DNA of 64,000 nt from Octopus vulgaris. Its lineage: Eukaryota. Positions 1 through 15,483 of this stretch are shown here, one piece after another. Within the stretch, counting starts at the first letter, position 1. Every line of letters begins with the position of its first letter. Below the pieces are notes generated by a model, which saw only the letters and a list, made by a program, of their open reading frames with translations, had not been told where the DNA came from and did not search any database. A program made the translations under genes and the position numbers. The stretch lies in the NCBI GenBank assembly GCA_951406725.2, contig OX597820.1, positions 58,776,001 to 58,840,000 of the forward strand, read 5' to 3'.

Positions 1-1525
1 GCGTTAGGAAGGGCATCCACCTGTCGAAACACTGCCAGATCAGACTGGAGCCTGGTGCAGCCTCCTGGCTTTCCAGACCCCTGTCAAACTGTCCAACCCG
101 TGCTAGCACGGAAAACGGACGTTAAACGAGGATGATGATGATGATGATTCTCACTCTTTGTTTCTTTCTCCTTTCTCTCTCACTTTCCCACTCTCTTACT
201 CTTCCTTTCTCTCGGACTCTCCCTCGCTTTCTCTTACTCTCTATCTTTATGTATCTCTCCCATATATAAACAACAAAAGATCTTGAGTAAGTTGAGAAAT
301 GAAATATTTAGAAAGATCAATCATAAATATCAGGCAGTAACAACGGAAAGGTCTGCTTCAAGACAGACAGCAAAACACTAACATTTAAAAGGGACAGAAG
401 AACTTGCGAGCTGAATAAAAATAATAAAATATTGGAAACCAAAGTTTGAAGGGATAGAATTTGAGGATAGTAGAGTCATCATGGCTGGCATTTCTTAACG
501 ACGGACAGCAACGTATTGACAGTTCAACGGCTGGCGTAAAATTTTGAACTTGATGTAAAAGAAAATCCCTAAAAACCAAGTTTTGAATTGATTCTTTCTC
601 ACGACAGTAGACTCACGATGGCAAGCATTCAAAACTTCTTCATCATGGACGGCAACACATTGACGATTAAAAGGCTGGCGCAAATTTTTTAGCTTGATGT
701 AACAGAGAATTGCTAAACACCCGCTCCTTTAAATTTTAATCCCCTTCCAGCCCCATTTAGACCCCTTTTCACATTTTGGTTAATATAACCCGATTTCATT
801 TGGGTCTACTGGGGCCACATTTTATAAGATGAGGACTCAACCAAGTTTCCCAAGTTCTGGTCATAGACCATAGAACACTCAACCAAGTTTCCCGAGTTCT
901 GATCATAGACCATAGAACACTCAACCAAGTTTCCCGAGTTCTGGTCATTTGCAGAATAAATAGAGACGGCGGAGGTGGCAGACGTCGTTGCAATGTAAAC
1001 ATGATTTGTTATAAGAGAAAGATTGTCCAGATTGTGTGTTGGTGGTGGTGATGATAATTATCTTTAAGAATGGAGATAAAGAGAAATTGAATGGGAGTTA
1101 GAGGTAGAAAGAGAAGGTGTAAATTTTGGAGTGAATCCGACGGGATGTAGTGGACTTTAACCCCGGCAAAAAAAATAATATCTGTTGCGTTTCTGAAGTA
1201 GGAATATTGAAACTTTTGCGGATGTCATTGATAGACTCGTTGTAGAATAAATAGAGATGGCGAAAAAAGAGAGAGCTCGAGAAAGAAAAGGTGATATATG
1301 AAAGAGAGGACGGGAAAATGAAATATTTTGCAATGTAAACATGATTTGTTTTAAGAGAAAGATTGTGATGATTGTGTGTTGGTGGTGGCGATGATAATTA
1401 TCATTAGGAAAAAGAGTGAGTGAGTGAGGAAGACATACATAAGTTGTGGCGATGATAATTGTAGACCCCTTTTCACATTTTGATGAAGAGAACCCGATTT
1501 CATTCGGGTGTACTGGGGCCACATA

Positions 1526-1588
<63 letters not shown>

Positions 1589-2131
1589 ACGCTGTAGAAA
1601 TTAAATTAGAGATCAAACCACTAAAAGTGAAATGAAACAGTAAAAAATACGCAAACATAAAAATAAAAATATAATATTAGATATATGTATATATGTGTGT
1701 GTGTGTGTTGACAGGTAGACAAAAGAATGCGATGGCGATGGGGATGGCGATGTAATATTTGTTACTGTCCATGAACGCTGATAGATACATGAGTAAAATG
1801 TATAGGAAGGTAAGAGATAAGAGTGAGTGAAAATATTCTTGGAAGAGAGTAAATAGCGACAGAGTGATTTGAGGAAGACTTTACATTAAATAACGGTAGT
1901 TGCATTGTCAAATGAAGAGGAGTGACAGAGTACTGGAGGAAATAGGATGAGGTAGGATGATGGCCCCTAGCAACCACACCTTTTAAGATAGGGATTTCTA
2001 AGGTAGCCCACGCGCATCGTCACCTCATTCTGCATGTCCCTGTAAATTTTGGAGCGAATCGGACGGGATGTAGTGGCATTGAAAGCGAACCAAGCGGTAA
2101 AAACGCATTTCAGTTTTATATATAGAGAAGA
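1..2131 (-). mobile_element. Non-autonomous Helitron family A, copy 1 (3' end beyond the window edge)
   Basis: Reverse complement of 6622-8783, near identical by eye. The 5' terminus TCTTCTCTATATATAAAACTG starts at 2131 on the minus strand, next to a (TA)n tract. Confidence 0.85.
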
Positions 2132-2160
2132 TATATAAATATATATATAAATATATATAT

Positions 2161-2262
<102 letters not shown>

Positions 2263-2270
2263 TGTTTGTG

Positions 2271-5200
2271 TGATCCAGGGGTTCCTCAGGAAAATGGATC
2301 ACCTACCCCGGTGAATGACCAAGTAGTGAAGGATAGGGGAGCCAAGGGAGCAGAAACCGGAAGCCCCCCTGTACCAGTGGTCCTACGAAGAAATAAAAAA
2401 TTAGAAAAATTAGAAAAACAGAAGAAAAAAGGAAGGACCGAAAGCAAAAATAAGGAGGGAAAAGGCAAACAACCAAATCTGAAACCCCAACCCACCACAC
2501 AAACAGCAGAGAACCCCATGGAGGATCCAATGCCACCCAGTACACTTCAGGAAAGAAGAAATCTGGAAGGCACCGAAGAACCTGTAAGTTCTACCTGCGG
2601 GGCAAATGTTGGCATGGTGAGGATGGCAAAAACTGCCGGTTCGCCCAGCCGACACCCCGCCAGAACTTCAGGGGACTCAAAGAGAAAAAGTTTACCGAGG
2701 GAACACAAGAAATGTCTCCCAGGAAAACTTTCAAAAACGAAGTGCGCTCCTCAGATGTTCTGCGCAACGCAGCAGCTGAGCAATAGTCTTTTTTATGCAT
2801 GGCGGAAAGAATTGTCCGGCAGCTAACCTGGCTACACCAAGCACAGAGAAGGAACCCTGCCCACCACTATGCAAGACCACCACAGTCAACAGACACGGGA
2901 TGGCCTCCCCTAACGCCTGCACAGCCGTCACCCCAATACTTTTACTAAATATTGGGGTCCTGTTGCATCAAAATAGAAACAAAATTTCTTTCCTGAGAGA
3001 TCTTACTGCATGCAATCTAGCCCTATGCATAGCACTTGTGGAAATTCACCTCAACCTTGATATAGAGGACGCAGAAGTACACATACCAAACTATGCCATA
3101 CTGCGAACAGACAGAAGGGAAATGAGCCATGGTGGAGTTGCTGTATACATCCGAGATGACCTCACACCCCAGGTCTTGATGACATACTCAAATTCGGTAT
3201 GTGACACCTTAATTGTATACATAAGACAACATAATATAGTCATATGCAATACATATTGCCCACCGGATGCCCCAAATCACATAGGCAAGTTTGAAGATTG
3301 CCTCACAAGAATTAAAGAAATCCTCATGAATCTGGAACACCACGTGACCATATTTCTTATGGGTGATTTCAACTTCCCCAACGTCAAATGGCCCGAAGTT
3401 CACATACTCTCAGGAATGAATCATTGCAAGCAAGTACAGGTGGAGTCCCTGCTCAACTTCACCAATGCCTTATTCATGGAGCAAGTTGTACTCAAGCCAA
3501 CTAGGGCGAATAACATTCTGGATCTCTGCTTCACGAACAATATGGACATCATTCATGATGTGAAAGTGACACCGACATCAGTTTCGGATCACAACATAAT
3601 AGAGCTGTCTATGTTTTGGCCGAAAGTGACCAGAGACATACAGCCTAAAGGAAGCACCCGAAATCTCTCCACTCTGAACTTCCATAAAGCAGATTGGAAA
3701 TCGATCCAAAAAGAGATCCTCAGAGAGGACTGGCCGGAATGTCTCTCCACACCAGACATTCACATGAAACTAGAATGTTTCATGTCATCTGTGCAAGCCG
3801 TATGCCAGAAATATGTCCCAGAGCACAAGGCCAAAACAAATTGGAGCAAGATTCCAAGAGACAGGAAGATCCTCATGAGACGACGGACGAAGGTTGCAAA
3901 TCTTCTCAACCAACATCCCAAAAGTAGCGAAACGTCCCGCCTAAAACAACACTGATGGAGATCGAAAAAAGGCTGCACCAATCCTATGTGAAGGAGAAAG
4001 CAGACAAAGAAGCCTGGGTTATAAAAAAACATTAAATCAAACCCAAAGGCCTTCTTTCATTACGCGAAAGAAACAGTCTCAGTGCACAACAAGATAGGAC
4101 CCCTCCTCCAAAAGGATGGCTCCCTCACAGACAGTCCAACTATGATCAGTGAGATGCTGAATGGCCAGTTCAAAAGTGTCTTTACCACCCCGTTGGAACA
4201 CAGACAAGTGAACGAACCAGTGGACTTCTTTGCCGCCTCACCTATAACCAGCGAGGCAGTTACAATACAATGTATTGACATTAACAAAAAGATGTCCTAC
4301 TAGCCATAGATGAAGTGGACACAAACTCAGCTGCTGGTCCAGATGCTTTCTCAGCCATCCTCCTCAAAGCGTGTAAGCATGCCTTGGCAAAACCCCTCAA
4401 GATTCTCTTCCAGATCTTTCTTGCGAATGGCAAACTGCCAAGCAAGCTGAAGGAGGGAATAATATGCCCAATACATAAAGGGGGAAGTAGAGCAGATGCC
4501 AAAAACTATAGGCCTATCTCTCTGACTTCACACATCAGCAAAGTCATGGAAAGGATAGTCAGAAAGAAACTAATCGCATTCCTTGAGGAAAATAACTTGC
4601 TGAGTAATACCCAGCATGGTTTTCGACCAGGTAGGAGCTGCCTGACCCAGCTCTTACAGCATTATGACCGGGTGTTGAGGCAGTTACTCAACAAATCAAA
4701 TGTGGACGTAATCTACCTTGATTTTGCAAAAGCTTTTGACAAGGTGGATCATGGTATTATATGCCACAAACTACGTGACCTTGGCATAGCTGGAAAACTT
4801 GGAGTGTGGTTGCATGACTTCCTGAAAGATAGGAGTCATGCAGTAGTGGTTAATGGAGCCACCTCTATGAACACACAAATAGTGAGCGGTGTTCCACAGG
4901 GCACTGTCTTGGGACCACTGCTTTTTATAGTGGCCCTCTCAGATATGCCCTCAAATGCCCGGATAGCCACTCTGGCCAGCTATGCAGACGATACGAAAGT
5001 CTCGCAGAAAATACAGAACCCCAGCGATGTTGCACACCTGTAGCAGGAGTAGGACTCAATCTACAGATGGGCTGAGGATAATAATATGCAGTTTAATGCT
5101 GAAAAATTCCAGGCCCTGCGCTACCAGCATCCAAAACTGAATATTAAACTTACAGGATACACCGGTCCACAGGGAATTTCAATCCCAGAGCCTAAGTCTG

Positions 5201-5955
5201 TGAGGGACCTGGGTATCGACATGAGTGATGATACCTCTTTCCAAGTGCACATTACCAGGAAGGCGACAAAGTGCAGACGACTGGCTGGGTGAATCCTAAG
5301 AACATTCAGAACCAGAGATAAGGAAACCATGATGGTCCTCTGGCAGACATTTGTCCTCAGTCGCCTGGATTACTGCTCACAGCTATGGTCACCCACCAGT
5401 GTAAAATTAACAGCAGACCTTGAAGCAATCCAGAGAAGATTCACAAAGAAGATTGTCTCTTTGCAACAGCTCAGCTACTGGGAAAGGTTGAAACAGCTGA
5501 GACTCTACTCCCTGGAGAGAAGACGGGAGATGTATGCAGTAATACATGTCTGGAAGATCCTGGAAGGAATTGTGCCAAATTTTGGCATTGTAAGCTACAC
5601 CAATGCTAGAACGGGACGACACTGCATAGTGCCAAAGATCCCAGCAATGCCATCACGCTTCAGGACCAGCTTCTGCAACAGCCTGGGTTTCAAGGGCCCA
5701 CAGCTTTTTAATATTCTCCCAAAGAGTCTGAGGAACTTGCACAAAGTAGATGTAGCGGTTTTTAAATCAAAGCTGGGCATCTTCCTGTCAAGAGTCCCAG
5801 ATGAACCTACCTCACGGCAAGAGGTGCAAATGAGAGTAGCTGTATCAAACTCCATTCTTCACCAAGTGCCACATATTAGACGAAGTTCGTCGCAATAACA
5901 GTGTAGCACAAAACGGCGGTGCATCAGCATGGCCGCAGCTCTGAGCTGAAACTAG

Positions 5956-5971
<16 letters not shown>
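2271..5971 (+). mobile_element. CR1/L2-group non-LTR retrotransposon (LINE-a), 5'-truncated in ORF1, degenerate
   Basis: ORF1 remnant with CCCH-like finger CKFYLRGKCWHGEDGKNCRFAQP (codons from 2583). ORF2 has APE endonuclease motifs (GDFNFP, SDH) and RT motifs ([23 protein letters not shown]). Ends in a 3' stem-loop and an A tail at 5956-5971. Confidence 0.92.
2795..5898 (+). pseudogene. Disrupted ORF2 (endonuclease/reverse transcriptase) of LINE-a
   Basis: Split across ORFs 2795-3955, 4082-4303, 4315-5043, 5086-5292 and 5329-5898 by stops and frameshifts. Collinear with the open ORF at 9151-11720. Confidence 0.92.
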
Positions 5972-5987
<16 letters not shown>

Positions 5988-6204
5988 TAAATATACATAT
6001 ATATATATATAAAGATATATATATATATATATATATAAATATATGGTCTTACCACTAACAAAGGAATGGTAAGACCATAGCGGGTCTTCTTCTAGCATAA
6101 TAGATGTCCACTTACAGGTCATCCCTCTTATATGTATGTAATATAATTTTTTCTGAAACATCAGATTTTTCAATATGCTACACCAATTGATATTACTCAA
6201 ATTA

Positions 6205-6297
<93 letters not shown>

Positions 6298-6459
6298 ATA
6301 TATATATATATATATATATAGATGTATAAATGTATATGTATACATGTATGTGTGTAGATGTATATATATATATAGATGTACATGCAATATGTACACATAT
6401 ATATACACATATACACATGCATACATATATACACCCATACACACACACACATATAAATA

Positions 6460-6621
6460 CAGGTGTGGCTATGTGGTAACAAACTTGGTTCCAAAGCACA
6501 TGATCCTAGGTTCAGTCCCACTGTGTGGTGACTTGGCATGTGTCTTCTGCTATAGCCTCAGACCAACCAAAGCCTTGTCAGTGGATTTTGTAGACAGAAA
6601 CTGAAAGAAACCTATCGTATA
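6460..6621 (+). mobile_element. SINE family B, 5' half (tRNA-like head plus CORE-like segment), interrupted at its central (TA)n
   Basis: Matches the 5' half of the complete copies at 28478-28890 and 36824-37215 (gttcagtcccactg...gtgtcttct...gaaactgaaagaa). Confidence 0.75.
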
Positions 6622-7774
6622 TCTTCTCTATATATAAAACTGAAATGCGTTTTTACCGCTTGGTTCGCATTCAATGCCACTACATCCCGTCCGATTCGCT
6701 CCAAAATTTACAGGGACATGCAGAATGAGGTGACGATGCGCGTGGGCTACCTTAGAAATCCCTATCTTAAAAGGTGTGGTTGCTAGGGGCCATCTTCCTA
6801 CCTCACCCTATTTCCTCCAGTACTCTGTCACTCCTCTTCATTTGACAATGCAACTACCGTTATTTAATGTAAAGTCTTTCTCAAATCACTCTGTCGCTAT
6901 TTACTCGCTCCAAGAACATTTTCACTCACTCTTATCTCTTACCTTCCTATACATTTTACTCATGTATCTATCAGCGTTCATGGACAGTAACAAATATTAC
7001 ATCGCCATCCCCATCGCCATCGCATTCTTTTGTCTACCTGTCAACACACACACACATATATATACATATATCTAATATTATATTTTTATTTTTATGTTTG
7101 CGTAGTTTTTACTGTTTCATTTCACTTTTAGTGGTTTGATCTCTAATTTAATTTCTACAGCGTGCACACACACACACACACACGCACACACACACGCACA
7201 CACACACACACACACACACCTATATGTGGCCCCAGTACACCCGAATAAAATCGGGTTCTCTTCATCAAAATGTGAAAAGGGGTCTACAATTATCATCGCC
7301 ACAACTTATGTATCTCTTCCTCACTCACTCACTCTTTTTCCTAATGATAATTATCATCGCCACCACCAACACCACCAACACACAATCATCACAATCTTTC
7401 TCTTAAAACAAATCATGTTTACATTGCAAAATATTTCATTTTCCCGTCCTCACTTTCATATATCACCTTTTCTTTCTCGAGCTCTCTCTTTTTTCGCCGT
7501 CTCTATTTATTCTACAACGAGTCTATCAATGACATCCGCAAAAGTTTCAATATTCCTACTTCAGAAACGCAACAGATATTATTTTTTTTGCCGGGGTTAA
7601 AGCCCACTACATCCCGTCGGATTCACTCCAAAATTTACACCTTCTCTTTCTACCTCTAACTCCCATTCAATTTCTCTTTATCTCCATTCTTAAAGATAAT
7701 TATCATCGCCACCACCACCACCAACACACAATCTGGACAATCTTTCTCTTATAACAAATCATGTTTACATTGCA

Positions 7775-7970
7775 ACGACGTCTGCCACCTCCGCCGTCTC
7801 TATTTATTCTGCAAATGACCAGAACTCGGGAAACTTGGTTGAGTGTTCTATGGTCTATGACCAGAACTCGGGAAACTTGCTTGACTGTTCTATGGTCTAT
7901 GATCAGAACTCGGGAAACTTGGTTGAGTGTTCTATGGTCTATGACCAGAACTTGGGAAACTTGGTTGAGT
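7775..7970 (+). repeat. 42-bp tandem repeat inside Helitron A (about 4 units; about 3 in copy 1 at ~835-947; about 4 in copy 3 at ~51080-51236)
   Basis: Unit atgaccagaactcgggaaacttggttgagtgttctatggtct, head-to-tail with no spacers. Confidence 0.9.
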
Positions 7971-8654
7971 CCTCATCTTATAAAATGTGGCCCCAGTAGA
8001 CCCAAATGAAATCGGGTTATATTAACCAAAATGTGAAAAGGGGTCTAAATGGGGCTGGAAGGGGATTAAAATTTAAAGGAGCGGGTGTTTAGCAATTCTC
8101 TGTTACATCAAGCTAAAAAATTTGCGCCAGCCTTTTAATCGTCAATGTGTTGCCGTCCATGATGAAGAAGTTTTGAATGCTTGCCATCGTGAGTCTACTG
8201 TCGTGAGAAAGAATCAATTCAAAACTTGGTTTTTAGGGATTTTCTTTTACATCAAGTTCAAAATTTTACGCCAGCCGTTGAACTGTCAATACGTTGCTGT
8301 CCGTCGTTAAGAAATGCCAGCCATGATGACTCTACTATCCTCAAATTCTATCCCTTCAAACTTTGGTTTCCAATATTTTATTATTTTTATTCAGCTCGCA
8401 AGTTCTTCTGTCCCTTTTAAATGTTAGTGTTTTGCTGTCTGTCTTGAAGCAGACCTTTCCGTTGTTACTGCCTGATATTTATGATTGATCTTTCTAAATA
8501 TTTCATTTCTCAACTTACTCAAGATCTTTTGTTGTTTATATATGGGAGAGATACATAAAGATAGAGAGTAAGAGAAAGCGAGGGAGAGTCCGAGAGAAAG
8601 GAAGAGTAAGAGAGTGGGAAAGTGAGAGAGAAAGGAGAAAGAAACAAAGAGTGA

Positions 8655-8965
8655 GAATCATCATCATCATCATCCTCGTTTAACGTCCGTTTTCAGTGCT
8701 AGCACGGGTTGGACAGTTTGACAGGGGTCTGGAAAGCCAGGAGGCTGCACCAGGCTCCAGTCTGATCTGGCAGTGTTTCGACAGGTGGATGCCCTTCCTA
8801 ACGCCAACCACTCTGTGAGCGTGCTGGGTGCTTTTTTCGTGCCGCCTGCACAGGTGCCAGGGGGCTGGCAGCGGCCACGATCGGTTGGTGCTTTTTACGT
8901 GCCACCAGCACAGAAGCCAGTCAAGGCGGCGCTGCAATCCGCCACGTTCGGATGGTGCTTTTTGC
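8655..8965 (-). mobile_element. SINE-like element with (GAT)n tail carried inside Helitron A
   Basis: The same sequence (gttaggaagggc...cagactggag...gatgatga; aaaaagcacc motifs) occurs free at ~17850-17995 and ~26075-26280. Confidence 0.7.
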
Positions 8966-9058
8966 GTGCTGAAAGGAAGCAACAGAAAGTAACAACCACA
9001 CTCTTACCCGCGCGTAGAGCGGGTCACCTTCACCTAGTATATATATATATATATATAT

Positions 9059-11724
9059 GATTGATTGATTGATTGATTGATTCTAGTTTCAGCTTATGAG
9101 CTGTGGCCATGCTGGGGCACCGCCATTTGGTGTTGCTACTTGGTTTCACTTCATGGAGGCTTTCTAGCAACTGCTATTTGGTGCATGAGAGAGTTCGATG
9201 CAGCTGCCCTCATCTGCCCCTCCTGCCGTGAAGTTGGTTCATCTGGGACACCTGACAGGAAGAGATCCAGCTTCATTTTAAAGACATCTGTATCCACCCC
9301 ATGCAGGTCTCTCAGGTTCTTCGGGAGGATATTGAAGAGCTGTGGGCCTCGGAAGCCCAGGCTATCACAGAATCTTGTCCTACATCTTGATGGCAGGTTT
9401 GGAGTCCTAGGCACCACGCAGTGGCGCCCAGTTCTGGCATTTGCGTAACTCTCGATGCCAAAGTTCAGGACACTTCCCTCCAGGATCTTCCAGATGTATA
9501 TTATGGCATATCTTTCCCGCCTACGCTCCAGAGAATATAATTTTAATCTCTTGAGTCTTTCCCAGTAGCTTACATTCTGCATAGAGGCTATCTTCTTTGT
9601 GTAGCTTCGTTGGATCGCCTCAAGTTCTGTGATCAACTTGACACTAGATGGTGACCATAGCTGAGAGCAATAGTCAAAGTGGCTTAGGACAAGTGTCTTC
9701 CAGAGGACCATCATGGTTTTTTGTTCTCTTGTTCTAAAGGTTCTAAGAATCCATCCAGCCAGCCGTCTACATTTCATTGTCAGTTTAGCAACATGTACAT
9801 GAAAGGTCGCGTCATCACTCATGTGAATACCCAGGTCACGCACTGATTGTGCCTCTGGGATTGCAATCCCTCCGGGTCCAGTGTATTCATTGGGTATTGC
9901 ATTCAGTTTTGCATGCTGATAGTATAAAGCTTGAAACTTTCCAGCATTGAACTGCATGCTATTCTTTTCAGCCCACTTGTATATTTCGTCCAGCTCACAT
10001 TGCAGGTGTTTAGTGTCCTCAGGGTTCTGTATTGCCTGTGAAACTTTTGTATCATCTGCATAACTTGTGATCGTGGCTCTCTGCGTGGCTGAGGGCATGT
10101 CTGAGAGGGCCATTATGAACAGTAGTGGTGCCAGAACAGTGCCCTGCGGAACACCGCTCACTATTTGTGTGTTAATGGAGGTGGCCCCATTGGCTACTAC
10201 CACCTGACTTCTATCCTTCAGAAAGTCATGAAGCCATTCTCCCAGTTTTCCAACTATGTTGAGATCACGCAGTTTGTGACATATCATTCCATGATCGACT
10301 TTATCAAAGGCCTTTGCAAAGTCGAGATATATCACTTCCACATTTGAGTGGTTGAGCAGCCGTTTCAGCACCCAGTCATAGTGTTGTAGGAGCTGAGTTA
10401 AACAGCTTCTCCCTGGTCGGAAACCATGTTGGGTGTCGGGCAGCAAGTCATTCTCTTCAAGGAAGGTGATCAGCTTCCTTCTGACTATTCGTTCCATGAC
10501 CTTGCTGATGTGTGAGGTCAGAGAGATAGGTCTATAGTTCTTGGCTTCCGCTCTGCTACCTCCTTTATGAATGGGGCATATTTTACCTTCCTTCAGTTTT
10601 CCTGGAAGTTTGCCAGCTGCAAGGAAGCTCTGAAAGAGGAACTGCAGTGGTCTTGCTAGGACTCTCTTACATGCTTTTAGGAGGATTGCCGGGAATCCAT
10701 CGGGGCCAGTAGCTGAGTCTGTTTTCATTTCATCTATAGCCTTGGTTACATCGTCTTCCTTTATATCGATGTAATCTATCGTCGCCGCCTCTGATTTTAT
10801 ATCTGCAGTGGTAAAAAAGTCAGTTGGATTGGTGATTTGGAGATGCCCAAGGGGTGGAGTGAAAACACTCTTGAATTGCTCATTCAGTATTTCACTTACC
10901 CTCATTGGTTTTCCTGTAAGTGTGCCATCCTTTTCGAGGAGTGGCCCTATTCTACAGTGCACTGTAGCTGTTTCTTTGGCATACCTGTAGAAAGCTCTGG
11001 GGTTAGATTTTATGTTTTCTATAGCCCAGGCTTCTTTGTCTGCTCTTTCTTTTTCATGGGAGAGTTGCAGACATTTTTCGATTTCCAACAGTTTTATTTT
11101 TAGGCGGGACTTTTCACTGCTTTCAATCTGTTTGTTTAGGCGATTTGAAAATTTCGTACGCCGTCTCATTAAAATTTTCCTCTCTCTGGGGATTTTGTTC
11201 TTGTGTACAGTGGCCTTTCTCTCTGGGACACATTTGTAGCATATGGCTTGCATTACAGACATGAATTGTTGAAGTTTCACGTCGATGTCTGGCGAGGAGA
11301 GACATTTAGGCCAGTTTTGTTTGAGGATCTCTTTCTCAATTTGTTTCCAGTTTGCCTTATGGTAGTTCAAGCTGGAAAGATTTTGAGGGTTTCTTGTAGG
11401 CTGCATGTCCGTGCTCTCTTTTGGCCCGTACATGGTCAGCTCTATCATGTTGTGATCCGAGAGTAGTGTCGGTGTCACTTTCACATTATGGATGAGATCC
11501 ATGTCATTTGTGAAGCAGAGATCCAGTGTGTTACCTGCCCTGGTTGGTTGGAGTATTACCTGCTCCATGTACAGGGTGTTGATGAGGTTCAGGAGGGACC
11601 TCGCCTGTCCTCGTTCACATCTTGTCATTCCTGGGAGAGAAAGGCCCTCGGGCCATCTGACATTGGGCAGATTGAAGTCTCCCATAAGAAGCACACCTAT
11701 GTGTTGTTCTAATGTGGTTAGAAT
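9059..11724 (-). mobile_element. CR1/L2-group LINE (LINE-b, relative of LINE-a), 5'-truncated, (AATC)n tail
   Basis: Open ORF2 from mid-endonuclease (GDFNLP) through RT (YADD) to the C-terminus. (GATT)n on the plus strand at ~9059-9082. Both ends abut (TA)n. Confidence 0.93.
9151..11720 (-). CDS. N-truncated LINE ORF2 (C-terminal part of the endonuclease plus reverse transcriptase), uninterrupted
   Basis: ORF 9151-11961. Its first ~80 aa are microsatellite/SINE read-through; the rest aligns motif for motif with LINE-a ORF2. Confidence 0.85.
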
Positions 11725-11740
11725 ATATATATATATAAAT

Positions 11741-13826
<2,086 letters not shown>

Positions 13827-15483
13827 ATATATATATATATATATAATACACACACACACATATATATACGTGTTCATGCGTTACAGTTACTCAGAAGTCC
13901 GTCTGAATGCATATATCTGGTTTTGAAAGTAAGCTCTTTCAGAAATACACATGTATATATACACTGGTACACAACCTCATACATTAAATGTACACTCTCA
14001 CACACAAAATGTATGTACACAGATACTGTGTGTGTTTATATATATATATACATACATATTAATACACACATGTACACACACACAAATGGTATTGGTATAG
14101 GGAAAATGGTTGAATTAAGTTTATTTCAAATGGCAAAGTTGAGAATCAGAAGAGAAATTGTTTAAACAAGCTATCGATCAAGTGGAATACATCTCACAAT
14201 CTTAGATTGTATCATATCGCAGCTGTCATTTATAGAAGTGGTACAAAGCAGCCAGGTCAGATAAACAGAAATTCAAAGATATGCATGCTGTGGTCCACAC
14301 ATACAAACACACTTTAGAACATTAAGATATATCAGCCAATATACTTCCTCCTTGTCTCCGTAACACAATTATAATAAGGCTTCATGGATTCACCTGGAGT
14401 TCATTTCTACTGTCACAACATGAAACTAACAAAGCCTCCACAAGATCACTCAACTGGCTTGAAATAGCAGCCAAATGTCCTCAAATAACACAGAGTTGTC
14501 TTTAAAAAAGGAGGACTACACTGGATAATGTAATTTTAGATACACTGTGCCTGAATAATGACAGATGGTCTTGGATAGAATATCCCACTCCTACATGGCA
14601 GATAGAAAGTGTGTGTGTGTGTGTGTGTGTTAGTGTGAATTTAGATAAGAGAAAAATGTACTGAATACATGTAGTGGGGTTTTTCCAAGAAGGACATAAA
14701 AGAAAAAGTGAAACAGAATAGTAACAAAATGAAGCCCCAGCTTTGGAAAATTGAAAATATATATGTCACCAATATTGTCATTGTCATATCAGCTTTTCTG
14801 TGCTAGTATATATCAATATAGCTATATGTGACAACAGTAGCAGGGTACTTTACTTCAACCACTGCAACATTAATACCTAATGTGTCAACTAACGCATGAA
14901 ACTATTGAAAAATCAAACCCTGCAACAGCTTTACAGTTAATATTTTACTTATTGATTTACAGTAAATATATTTTAACACTATCAATGAAAGCTTTATATT
15001 AAGTGGTTCCAGAGCTGTACTTTTATATATAACCTTTGTGCTTGTTTGTGTGAGTAATATGGGGCATTCCTCTGAGCACACGGAGGCTCAAAATTGGGAA
15101 GTAAAAATTAATGTGAAGCAGCAAAGATCACAATTGAGTAATAACTGTCTGGATTACATGAAAAATTTTGTATGTTTTTTGGGAGAAGGAAGATAAAACA
15201 GATCATTTCAAGTAGAAAGTTATAGCCAACAAATTCAGAAGGAAATGTATAAGTACAGCAGTAGTCGATGGGTATGACATTTCTGAAGCCCTTAATATCA
15301 CCATCCTATCTGTCTGTTTGTCTCTCTATTTCTCTCTCTCACTTACTGAAAAATATGGAAACACATGAATTCCACTGATTAAAGTTATAGATCTTACATA
15401 TCTCATACTTACCATAAATTCATCCTATTATAATATTAATCACATAATACATAAACAAACAACACTAAAATAGAAAAAGAAAA

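Larger units (their letters stand above)
6622..9037 (+). mobile_element. Non-autonomous Helitron family A, copy 2 (complete)
   Basis: A|TC at 6621/6622 and CTAG|T at 9034-9037/9038. Subterminal hairpin ACCCGC(9006-9011)...GCGGGT(9019-9024) ends 9 nt before CTAG. No TSD or TIR, as expected for canonical Helitron termini. Confidence 0.9.

Noticed and set aside
7761-8009. 42-bp repeats as a CRISPR array or as a repeat protein (MTRTRETWLSVLWS)n
   Set aside because: Head-to-tail with no unique spacers, no cas genes and a eukaryotic context. A unit length divisible by 3 explains the ORF, and its recurrence just reflects Helitron copies.
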